Shown one piece after another: positions 39,938 to 47,280 of a stretch of 47,659 bases of DNA. The notes beneath the pieces are model-generated. The model had not been told where the DNA came from. It searched no databases and saw only the letters and a program-made list of their open reading frames with translations. The position numbers and the translations under genes were made by a program. Position 1 is the first letter of the stretch; the number at the start of each line of letters is the position of its first letter. The stretch lies in the IMG/VR virus record IMGVR_UViG_3300026258_000006, positions 1-47,659 of that record. The stretch is one strand, 5' to 3'. This DNA comes from a virus (Duplodnaviria > Caudoviricetes).

Positions 39938-40669
39938 TTAAAGTGTTTTAGAGATATAATATTGGCTAAAATCTCCATCGCTATTTACAAAAAAGTCATT
40001 ATATGCTTGTACTGCCAATGCAACCTTATTTTGTCCCGACTGCAAAAATTTATCGCTACAATCAAATAATCCTAATTGGTGAGTTTTCTTATCTACAACT
40101 ATAAATACCAAATCCATATTAAACATTTTAGAATAAATATAGGCTTGGCTATCATAGTTAAATTTATGAGCTGAACTTGCAAAAGTATTTATATTATTAG
40201 TTGTTTTAAGATCAATAATTAGCTGATTACTATGATTAACTATATCCGCTTTACCTTTCCATTGCATACCTTCTAATTCAACTAAACCGGGTTGCTCATA
40301 TTCTACAGCTCCATCTAAAATAAGATCTTTAAATAAATCAACTTCTAATACTTTTTCTCGCATTAACTCAATTTTGTCTACTTCGTGTTGAAGTAAACAT
40401 ATATCCTCTCCAGCTATTTCTTTATATTCTTTGGTATTTCGAGTTCTAGATTTAACTATTTTAAATTTCTCTAGTTTATCTGGTTCTAAAATACAAGTAT
40501 GAAAATAACTCCCCACAACAAATGCTGGGTTTGGTGGAGAGGGCTTTTTGAAATTTAAAGGATTTTCAAGTAATGATTTAATATCACTATTAGAAAGAAA
40601 TTGTTTACCAAATTCCCCATAATAATGTTCATCATCCTTTAATTTTTCTAATATGGGATTTTTATCCAT
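39938..40669 (-). CDS. PD-(D/E)xK exonuclease (RecE/exonuclease VIII-like)
   Basis: LSNSDIK, GSYFHTCILEP, KGKADIV, IIDLKTT and YDSQAYIY motifs. Confidence 0.85.
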   Translation of the reverse strand: MDKNPILEKLKDDEHYYGEFGKQFLSNSDIKSLLENPLNFKKPSPPNPAFVVGSYFHTCILEPDKLEKFKIVKSRTRNTKEYKEIAGEDICLLQHEVDKIELMREKVLEVDLFKDLILDGAVEYEQPGLVELEGMQWKGKADIVNHSNQLIIDLKTTNNINTFASSAHKFNYDSQAYIYSKMFNMDLVFIVVDKKTHQLGLFDCSDKFLQSGQNKVALAVQAYNDFFVNSDGDFSQYYISKTL

Positions 40670-41228
40670 TAATTAATTCTTCTCTTGCTTCTGAAGTTAT
40701 TGTATATTTATCTTCTAGCGTTTTCATTAACCCGCCATTAGATAAAAACTTTTTAGCTTGCTCAAGATTATCTTTGTTTATTACTGGTTTTTCAGTTTTC
40801 TTGAAATCATTAGAGCTTACTATATTAGTTTTTCCATGCGTGTTTGTTGCATCTGCATCAGCTGTATCATCTATCAATAATAAATTACCTAATGCATATT
40901 TTTTACCATAAGATGAAGCTGACCCAAATCTTTGAGGCATTTGCTGACCTTTAGCATTTAGATCTACTCCAACTATTGCAGTTGCAATTATTTCATCACC
41001 TGATTCATTATCTACAATTGTAGCTGTAGAATGAATTATAGGAAAATCATTTCCTAAAGTTAGGTTTTCTTTAACCGTAAAATGCACCTTATATTTGGTA
41101 TTCATTGGTTTAAGAGCTTCTAATATATCTTCTGCCGAGCGGAAGTTATATTTACCAAATGAATTAAAGCGGGATTTTTTAGCTTTAAATTCTTCTTGGA
41201 TTTTACTTAGTTTCTCTCGTATATTCAT
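40662..41228 (-). CDS. ERF-family single-strand annealing protein
   Basis: FGKYNFRSAEDILEALKP and GSASSYGKKYALGNLLLIDD..DAD motifs. Confidence 0.88.
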   Translation of the reverse strand: MNIREKLSKIQEEFKAKKSRFNSFGKYNFRSAEDILEALKPMNTKYKVHFTVKENLTLGNDFPIIHSTATIVDNESGDEIIATAIVGVDLNAKGQQMPQRFGSASSYGKKYALGNLLLIDDTADADATNTHGKTNIVSSNDFKKTEKPVINKDNLEQAKKFLSNGGLMKTLEDKYTITSEAREELING

Positions 41229-41321
41229 GTTGGTTTGTTATTTGGTATTTATAATATATTCCGTTTTTATAAAAAATCTTAAGACCATTTCCTTCTGTAA
41301 AAGTAATTTTATCTTTCATAT

Positions 41322-41678
41322 CTAATTTATTAAATCATAAATTATTCCATTCTTTTTAAAAACTCTTCTATTAGACCAATTGTTTACTTTGCCAAATAAT
41401 GTATAAGCATCTTTACAATTAATCTCATTTTCCTTATATATTTTTTTTGTTTTGTCTACACCTTTACCTGTTAGTTGTTCTTGGTTTATTGGTAAACATT
41501 TACCACCACCTATAGCTAACTTATCACTTATATTGTAATTAGCTTTTTTCTCACGTGGTGCATTCTCTTTAAATGGGTTTGGAGAAGAATCACATTGTTT
41601 TACATATTGTAATTCATCTGTTGTCGATAGACAACTTTTATATTTTGTTTTAAAGTTATACATAATATTATAGTGCAA
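41322..41678 (-). CDS. hypothetical protein
   Basis: 118-aa ORF; start uncertain. Confidence 0.55.
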   Translation of the reverse strand: MHYNIMYNFKTKYKSCLSTTDELQYVKQCDSSPNPFKENAPREKKANYNISDKLAIGGGKCLPINQEQLTGKGVDKTKKIYKENEINCKDAYTLFGKVNNWSNRRVFKKNGIIYDLIN

Positions 41679-41696
41679 TTTTTGTTAAAAGGGACC

Positions 41697-42479
41697 TTAA
41701 TCTTGATAAATTTTCAAATTTGTTGCTGCATAATTTAAAACATTAGACTGAGATTTAATATTATTAGTAGCAACAAAGAAAGCTAATTCATTAAGCGCGT
41801 CCTCGTTCATTTTAAGCTTATATAGAAGCCTTTGTTTTTGTTTTCTTACAGTTTCTACTCTAAGTCCAAAAAAGTGTGCTATATCGCGCATTTTTTTAGG
41901 TTTAGAATAAATGTCATCTAATCCATAGAACATTTGGAACATGACATAATGATTAGGCATATATTTTTTCAACCAGCCCTCTAAATATTCCCCTAACTTT
42001 TCATAATCATAATCGTATACTTCATCTTCTAAGATACTAAGTACATCGGAATCAAACCATTGAGGGAATAATACTGATATAAATCCAAAACCTGCAGAGT
42101 ATCTTTTTTTATCTTCGTTATTCCATATACCTTTAATTGGTTTACCAGATCCATCAATATTCATTTTGATTTGATCACTTAATAAGCCTTTGACGCTTAT
42201 AGCTAAGAATTTACTTATAGCTTTATCTTTATCTTCTTGAGACTCTAAAGTTTTAATATAATCCCAATTAATTTTACGCCAAGATCTTATTAATGCATAA
42301 TAAGCTTCTTGGTTAAGATCATTTATATTCATAATGCCAATTGCAGAATATTCTTTTGAAAAAGAATTTGCTATTTTACTAGCATTTTTAAAATAAACTT
42401 TAGGTATATTAGTTTCTTTAGAAATTTTCTCAAGTTCAAGCATATTAAGTTTATATATTTTTCTATTAAAATTCTTCAT
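41697..42479 (-). CDS. sigma-70-like transcription factor
   Basis: Region 2-like DLNQEAYYALIRSW; region 4 HTH FYGLDD...KKMRDIAHFFGLRVETVRKQKQRLLYKLK. Confidence 0.75.
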   Translation of the reverse strand: MKNFNRKIYKLNMLELEKISKETNIPKVYFKNASKIANSFSKEYSAIGIMNINDLNQEAYYALIRSWRKINWDYIKTLESQEDKDKAISKFLAISVKGLLSDQIKMNIDGSGKPIKGIWNNEDKKRYSAGFGFISVLFPQWFDSDVLSILEDEVYDYDYEKLGEYLEGWLKKYMPNHYVMFQMFYGLDDIYSKPKKMRDIAHFFGLRVETVRKQKQRLLYKLKMNEDALNELAFFVATNNIKSQSNVLNYAATNLKIYQD

Positions 42480-42691
42480 GTATTTAATAATTTTAATCTT
42501 CTACTATATTTTTTTATAAGCTTTGCTTTTGTCTTTAATAAATGTATAGGAATTCTATTTCTAGCTTCTCCTAATAATACTATATCTATTATTTCAGATC
42601 TATGTAACATTATTTGATCTATTAAATATTTTCTATGCTTAGAAGCTCTACTTTCAAAATCAATTCTTAGTTTTCCTATTTTTATTAGCAT
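42476..42691 (-). CDS. hypothetical protein
   Basis: 71-aa basic ORF overlapping the start of the sigma-like gene. Confidence 0.55.
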   Translation of the reverse strand: MLIKIGKLRIDFESRASKHRKYLIDQIMLHRSEIIDIVLLGEARNRIPIHLLKTKAKLIKKYSRRLKLLNT

Positions 42692-42784
42692 ATCTAGGAT
42701 TTTTTCTTAGTTCTTTTATTTTATCTGTAATACCAAATACATTATTTGATATTAAGTGTTTATATAATTTATATTGTGTCATAT

Positions 42785-42958
42785 TTAAAAGTTTTCCCAA
42801 AAGGGGTTATCAATTTTTTCTATCCAAGTTAAACCGTTTTTATTAAACCATAAATGCTTTTCTTTATCAAAGCTTTTAGGAATATTACTAATTGTATAAG
42901 ATTTAAACTTAATTCTTTTTACAGGTGCATCACCTATTTCTCTAAGAGTTTTTTCCAT
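42785..42958 (-). CDS. 57-aa hypothetical protein (not in ORF track)
   Basis: Hand translation MEKTLREIGDAPVKRIKFKSYTISNIPKSFDKEKHLWFNKNGLTWIEKIDNPFWENF. Confidence 0.55.
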   Translation of the reverse strand: MEKTLREIGDAPVKRIKFKSYTISNIPKSFDKEKHLWFNKNGLTWIEKIDNPFWENF

Positions 42959-43118
42959 TTTTCTTTTTTATAGTTAATCCTTGTTTACCGAAAACTTTAG
43001 TATATCCAAATTCATACCCGTCTTCTAATTCATATTTAATATTTTGTGCGCGTGGAATATTTGCTCCACCACCCATATACTTGGTTATCAAATATTTATG
43101 TATTGTTTTTTTATTCAT
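42942..43118 (-). CDS. hypothetical protein
   Basis: Start reassigned to MNKKTIH at the ligase stop; 58 aa. Confidence 0.5.
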   Translation of the reverse strand: MNKKTIHKYLITKYMGGGANIPRAQNIKYELEDGYEFGYTKVFGKQGLTIKKKNGKNS

Positions 43119-43974
43119 AATTTCTAACACATTTAAATAATGGGTGACGATAGGAGCCGGATGGAGTTCGTTGAAAATAAGTAAATGTGGCTTTTTTGCC
43201 AATGTACCATTCTGCAATATCATACATTGCAGCCATTATGGCGTAATCATCCATTACTGGCATCCCGAATTCTATACCGTGAGCGTCTCTCGCCAGAAAT
43301 TTTCCGATTGTGCCAGTTCTTTTGCCCTGACCTTCCACCCAGCCCGTGATCGTCGCCTCTGCGTCTTGGAAATCTTTAAATTTTTGTAAATTGTAACTTC
43401 TTTTTTGTTCATATGGTTTGTTTAATCTTATTATACTACCTTCATATCCTTGCTTAAGGAAATCTTCATGCCATAACTTAGCTGTTTCTATTATAGACAC
43501 TTCGTAAGTAGGTACTTGAACAATATGTCTTGAACTTAAATCTTCTATACTGCGTTTAATCATATCATTTCTATGTCTAAATACCGCCACATCATCTTCA
43601 AATCTAGTAAGAACGTAATCATACCAATGAAACTGAATATAGCGAGTTGCCTCATCAAGCTCTTTATTAGTTGGTTTTTGTTTTCTTACTAAAGATATAA
43701 TTTTATTAAAATTGTTTTTAAATTGATGATTATATAATTCCCCATCTACTATAAGATCAGGTAGTTTTTCAAATAAAGGTTTAAATGCATCTCTAATATG
43801 CTTTACAGTTTTAAATTCTTTATGGTTACGGCTAAATGCACCGTCTTTTGTAATATAGCATCTAACCCCATCAAGTTTTGGTTGTATAAAAGAATCTCTA
43901 TCAAATTCTTTTTTACCGTAAGGATGCGCTAGCATTACATTAAAGGTTGTCGTAGTCTTTTTTAATTTTGTCAT
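43111..43974 (-). CDS. ATP-dependent DNA ligase
   Basis: QPKLDGVRC (motif I), VDGELY, EGSIIR, KFKDF and YRHPLF motifs. Confidence 0.92.
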   Translation of the reverse strand: MTKLKKTTTTFNVMLAHPYGKKEFDRDSFIQPKLDGVRCYITKDGAFSRNHKEFKTVKHIRDAFKPLFEKLPDLIVDGELYNHQFKNNFNKIISLVRKQKPTNKELDEATRYIQFHWYDYVLTRFEDDVAVFRHRNDMIKRSIEDLSSRHIVQVPTYEVSIIETAKLWHEDFLKQGYEGSIIRLNKPYEQKRSYNLQKFKDFQDAEATITGWVEGQGKRTGTIGKFLARDAHGIEFGMPVMDDYAIMAAMYDIAEWYIGKKATFTYFQRTPSGSYRHPLFKCVRNYE

Positions 43975-44269
43975 ATATTTCTTTTAATTCTGATAATAAT
44001 TCGTATTTTTCTTCTTTTAATAATTCAGCCCATTTAATTTTGAGTTCGTGTAATTGGCCTGCTAATATTTCTTTTTTAGATGGTTTCCTTGGTGGTGTAT
44101 ATCTAATATTCCCGAATGCATCCACTTCTTTATCAAAAAATTCTTGGGGACCCATTGGTTCAAATGCAGTTAAAAACCCATTTTTAGTATTTTCAATATA
44201 TTCTTTAACTCTTGTAAAGACTTTATCTGCTATCATATCCGATAGCAATTCTAATTGATCATTCGTCAT
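43940..44269 (-). CDS. hypothetical protein (UVR-like C-terminal helix pair)
   Basis: 109 aa; LLKEEKYELLSELKE. Confidence 0.55.
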   Translation of the reverse strand: MTNDQLELLSDMIADKVFTRVKEYIENTKNGFLTAFEPMGPQEFFDKEVDAFGNIRYTPPRKPSKKEILAGQLHELKIKWAELLKEEKYELLSELKEIYDKIKKDYDNL

Positions 44270-44516
44270 ATTTATCTACTAATATTAAATTATACATATA
44301 GTCTAACATTTCTTGTTCGCGTTCGCATCCTTTAATTACTTGATCTATTTGCTCTTGTTGTAATCCAAATGTTGGGGATTTATCTTTCCATTTTATCCAA
44401 TCTTGATAAAGACTATGTTGTTTAGAGGAAACATGAGCTAAAGCTCGACCCCTTAAAGAGTCATATTCTTTAATATCCATTAATTGTTTTAATGCTTTAA
44501 TTTTTGCTTCTTTCAT
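44259..44516 (-). CDS. hypothetical protein
   Basis: 85-aa ORF overlapping its neighbours. Confidence 0.55.
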   Translation of the reverse strand: MKEAKIKALKQLMDIKEYDSLRGRALAHVSSKQHSLYQDWIKWKDKSPTFGLQQEQIDQVIKGCEREQEMLDYMYNLILVDKYDE

Positions 44517-44928
44517 CTGCTAATTTTAATAAAAGTTCTACTCCAGACATATCTTCTACAACATCTGGCTCATTATCTTCAAATGTTTCGTCATCTTCAT
44601 CTTCAATATCTGCTTCTATTTCTTTCCATTTATCTGCCCAATGGTAATTTTGAAATATTTCATCTATTGAGTCGATATACCACGTTTCATATGGTCTCTC
44701 TTGCATTTGTTTAAATAAAACTTCTGCAATAGTATCATTATACATATAAACGTCATGTTCCCAATCAATTTCATGGTTATGGTCTAAGCCACCATCATGA
44801 TTTATCATCCAAATGTCATAGCCATCTGAAGTAAGATTTTTATATACAGATAAACTACAGCCATTATGCCACGAGTCTTCTGTTAATTCTATATTATAGT
44901 GCTTTAGCACTTTCTCTTGGTAATTCAT
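44497..44928 (-). CDS. highly acidic early protein
   Basis: 143 aa, D/E-rich with many Trp/Tyr; first gene after promoter-like motif copy 1. Confidence 0.65.
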   Translation of the reverse strand: MNYQEKVLKHYNIELTEDSWHNGCSLSVYKNLTSDGYDIWMINHDGGLDHNHEIDWEHDVYMYNDTIAEVLFKQMQERPYETWYIDSIDEIFQNYHWADKWKEIEADIEDEDDETFEDNEPDVVEDMSGVELLLKLADERSKN

Positions 44929-44964
44929 TTTCTAATTCTCTAAATAATTCTTCTATTTCTTTTG

Positions 44965-45004
44965 TTATATTATCACTTTGTTCATCCATTTGTAACGTAT
45001 TTTT
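44965..45004 (-). promoter_or_regulatory. putative phage promoter, copy 1
   Basis: Minus strand AAAAATACGTTACAAA-N12-GTGATAATATAA, with identical boxes and spacing to 47367..47406. Confidence 0.7.
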
Positions 45005-45223
45005 ATAATTGATGATTTAAAATATGCATGACAATTTGTCGCGCATTTCCTGTTAGTGTCGTTTTGTCACCATATAAACCTGTGTATTTTAATTCATACT
45101 CTTTAGGTTGTAGTCTATCATATTCTATTGGGTTAAATTTATTTCCTGCCATAAAAAATTGTATATATTATTGTCATAAGTATTACTATGAACAATAGAG
45201 TTAATATTGCTTCTTTCATTGTT

Positions 45224-45382
45224 TTAACATATTACTTCAAAATCGAGTTCAACATCAGGTGGATAGTATTTAAGTATATTCTCTACTGCCGCATCCTGTA
45301 CATGAGGAGCAACTTGTGTATTTATCATATACTTTATTGTTTTACCTTTATGTTTTACTATTAGATATTCTAATACACTCAT
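45224..45382 (-). CDS. 52-aa hypothetical protein (not in ORF track)
   Basis: Hand translation MSVLEYLIVKHKGKTIKYMINTQVAPHVQDAAVENILKYYPPDVELDFEVIC. Confidence 0.5.
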   Translation of the reverse strand: MSVLEYLIVKHKGKTIKYMINTQVAPHVQDAAVENILKYYPPDVELDFEVIC

Positions 45383-45398
45383 ATTTTGATTTATTTAG

Positions 45399-45471
45399 TT
45401 GCGAGGGGAGGATTCGAACCTCCGACCTCAGGGTTATGAGCCCTGCGAGCTGGCCACTGCTCTACCTCGCT
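45399..45471 (-). tRNA. tRNA-Met(CAT), initiator (fMet) type
   Basis: AGCGAGG TA GAGC AGTGGCCA GCTC G CAGGG CTCATAA CCCTG AGGTC GGAGG TTCGAAT CCTCC CCTCGCA A; 1:72 mismatch, A11:U24 and three G:C pairs in the anticodon stem; no encoded CCA. Confidence 0.93.
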
Positions 45472-45477
45472 AAAAGT

Positions 45478-45612
45478 TAGGGGATTAACAGCCACGGTTT
45501 TCCATCCGATGGGAGTTACCTTAATTTGTTATCTCCAATATCACTGTTATCGCTTCAATGTCTGGCTTGCAGTCGTATTCTGATTCGCAAACATTACTTC
45601 ACTTTTCCCCTA
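45478..45612 (-). ncRNA. candidate structured ncRNA, about 135 nt
   Basis: Closed by a 7-bp terminal helix TAGGGGA/TCCCCTA; internal AGCCA/TGGCT, GGAG/CTCC, CCAT/ATGG and TTGC/GCAA complementarity; GC-richer than its flanks. Confidence 0.45.
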
Positions 45613-45618
45613 TATATT

Positions 45619-45677
45619 AAGGACCTCACCGGAGGTTTTATTCACCCGTGCACAGGTACACCGGTTTATTGGTCCTT
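45619..45677 (-). ncRNA. candidate 59-nt irregular hairpin RNA
   Basis: Nested helices AAGGACC/GGTCCTT, ACCGG/CCGGT and ACCTG/CGGGT. Confidence 0.5.
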
Positions 45678-45682
45678 TTTAG

Positions 45683-45760
45683 TGGACGTGGGAGGAGTCG
45701 AACCTCCGTTTGCTGATAGTGTACTTTCGAACTTTGTCAGCACTAACCAATTTCACGCCC
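45683..45760 (-). ncRNA. tRNA-like RNA resembling an isolated tmRNA tRNA-like domain (Ala identity)
   Basis: GGGCGTG/CACGTCC acceptor stem with G3:U70 and A73, stemless D-loop AAATTGGTTAG, helix TGCTGA/TCAGCA, AAC linker, T-arm GGAGG-TTCGACT-CCTCC. Confidence 0.75.
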
Positions 45761-45914
45761 TATTATATCTTATCCAATAATCTCTTTCAAATGCTTCAAT
45801 TTGAGCACTAGAAACTTTCATTATTTTAAATTTAGCTCTTTTTCTTGCTAAACCGTATAAGTCTTTTTTATTTACTATTTTATGTTCGTTTTCTATTATT
45901 TTATTTATATTCAT
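45753..45914 (-). CDS. 53-aa hypothetical protein whose stop overlaps the tRNA-like RNA
   Basis: Hand translation MNINKIIENEHK...DYWIRYNRA; the TGA stop lies in GGGCGTGA. Confidence 0.45.
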   Translation of the reverse strand: MNINKIIENEHKIVNKKDLYGLARKRAKFKIMKVSSAQIEAFERDYWIRYNRA

Positions 45915-45924
45915 TTTATTTATT

Positions 45925-46236
45925 TTAAGTTCCTGAATATGTCCAAGGATTATTTACACAATATTCGTTAATTGCTTTTTCTTGTTTTATTATATCAGGT
46001 AAATTTACTAATGTTTCTTGAATTGCATTTGCAGCTTCTGTTACATTATTCTGGTCTAAAATTTTAATTGTATGACCCATATTGTTTCTATATCTTAATA
46101 TTTTACCACCATAAAAATCACTATTTTCAAGTGAGAAATACCATTCGCCATTATGCTCTGCACTATAGCCAGTTATTTTATCATTTAGAAATTCTCTAAT
46201 GATATATTCATTTATTTTATTTCTTTTTACTGTCAT
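45925..46236 (-). CDS. hypothetical early protein
   Basis: 103-aa ORF. Confidence 0.6.
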   Translation of the reverse strand: MTVKRNKINEYIIREFLNDKITGYSAEHNGEWYFSLENSDFYGGKILRYRNNMGHTIKILDQNNVTEAANAIQETLVNLPDIIKQEKAINEYCVNNPWTYSGT

Positions 46237-46421
46237 AATTCTAAATTATCTGCTATTTTATATATTTCATCTAAATATTTAAGAGATTCATCTTTCCATT
46301 TGAAATTGTCTTGAACTTCAATGTTAGTTTTTACACATTTAGCTAATCCCATTATTTGTCCTATATTATATGCATTACTCATTTTAATATCTTTTTTTTG
46401 GTTCTTTTCCGTATAATTCAT
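46233..46421 (-). CDS. hypothetical early protein
   Basis: 62-aa ORF; the start may be the internal MSNAY. Confidence 0.5.
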   Translation of the reverse strand: MNYTEKNQKKDIKMSNAYNIGQIMGLAKCVKTNIEVQDNFKWKDESLKYLDEIYKIADNLEL

Positions 46422-46483
46422 CTAATAAAATATGAGCAACTTCGTCGCTTATCATATTTTCATTATATAATTTCCAAATTAAT

Positions 46484-46681
46484 TTACTCATTGTTTTCAA
46501 TTATATTAATTATTTTATCTTCCATTCCAACTATTTCATTGGCTAAATCAAGGATTTCATTTAATCCTCTTACTTCATAAGTACTTAATGCTTCACCACA
46601 ATCACTATCATGCAAAGCGTTTACTACATCACTTAAATCTCGTGCAGTATTTTCATATCTGCAATAACTCATATTTGCCAT
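46484..46681 (-). CDS. small phage protein
   Basis: MANMSYCRYENT N-terminus; acidic. Confidence 0.65.
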   Translation of the reverse strand: MANMSYCRYENTARDLSDVVNALHDSDCGEALSTYEVRGLNEILDLANEIVGMEDKIINIIENNE

Positions 46682-46693
46682 AATTTATTTATT

Positions 46694-46990
46694 TTATTTA
46701 TTTAAAAATTCTCTTGCCTCATTTTCATTAGAGACTTCTTCTTTAATATTTTCTAATATTTCATAATAATTAACTTCACTTAAAAAGGCATTTGCATAAG
46801 AATCTTTTAATAAATCTTCTTTTCTTTCATTACCTTCTCCAAATACAGCTTGTTCAACTAATTCTTCTAAATAACCAACAGTTAATTCATTAACAAATGG
46901 CTCTTCTACCCAATTATATTGGTCAATTATTTCTAAATTTACTCTCCAAGTGGCATAATTTGTCCACCCGTTGTATCCTTTATCACTCAT
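46694..46990 (-). CDS. small acidic phage protein
   Basis: YNGWTNYATWRVNL N-terminal motif; VNYYEI C-terminal motif. Confidence 0.65.
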   Translation of the reverse strand: MSDKGYNGWTNYATWRVNLEIIDQYNWVEEPFVNELTVGYLEELVEQAVFGEGNERKEDLLKDSYANAFLSEVNYYEILENIKEEVSNENEAREFLNK

Positions 46991-46996
46991 TTTTAT

Positions 46997-47266
46997 TTAT
47001 TTTAAATATTCTCTTGTATTTTTACTTTCATTTATAGTATATTCATGGAATAATTCTTCCATAATAGTCTTTTTTAAATAATTTGAAGCATCATTAAATA
47101 ATTCATTAAAAATTACTTTTTTACCACTAGCGGTTTTACTCATTCTATATAATTCTTGTACTAATTCAGATTCATCTAAATTCCATTCAACAATTCTGTC
47201 TATTTCTTTGACTAATTCCTTTTTGGTTTTGTCAACTAATAGTCTTAATTCTTTACTTTTACTCAT
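46997..47266 (-). CDS. hypothetical early protein
   Basis: Start reassigned to MSKSKEL (A-rich leader); the listed start at 47314 lies inside the minihelix RNA. Confidence 0.6.
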   Translation of the reverse strand: MSKSKELRLLVDKTKKELVKEIDRIVEWNLDESELVQELYRMSKTASGKKVIFNELFNDASNYLKKTIMEELFHEYTINESKNTREYLK

Positions 47267-47280
47267 TTTATTTATTTTAG

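Noticed and set aside
45683-45760. Ordinary or intron-containing tRNA-Ala
   Set aside because: No D-stem, no 5-bp stem with a 7-nt anticodon loop, and the insert is far too short for a self-splicing intron.
45526-45780. 84-aa plus-strand ORF
   Set aside because: TTG start, antisense to the RNA cassette and against the local gene direction.
45762-45790. TTGAAA-17-TATAAT sigma70-like promoter on the minus strand
   Set aside because: Its start site would fall inside the acceptor stem of the TLD-like RNA, it lies in a probable ORF, and such matches are common in AT-rich DNA.
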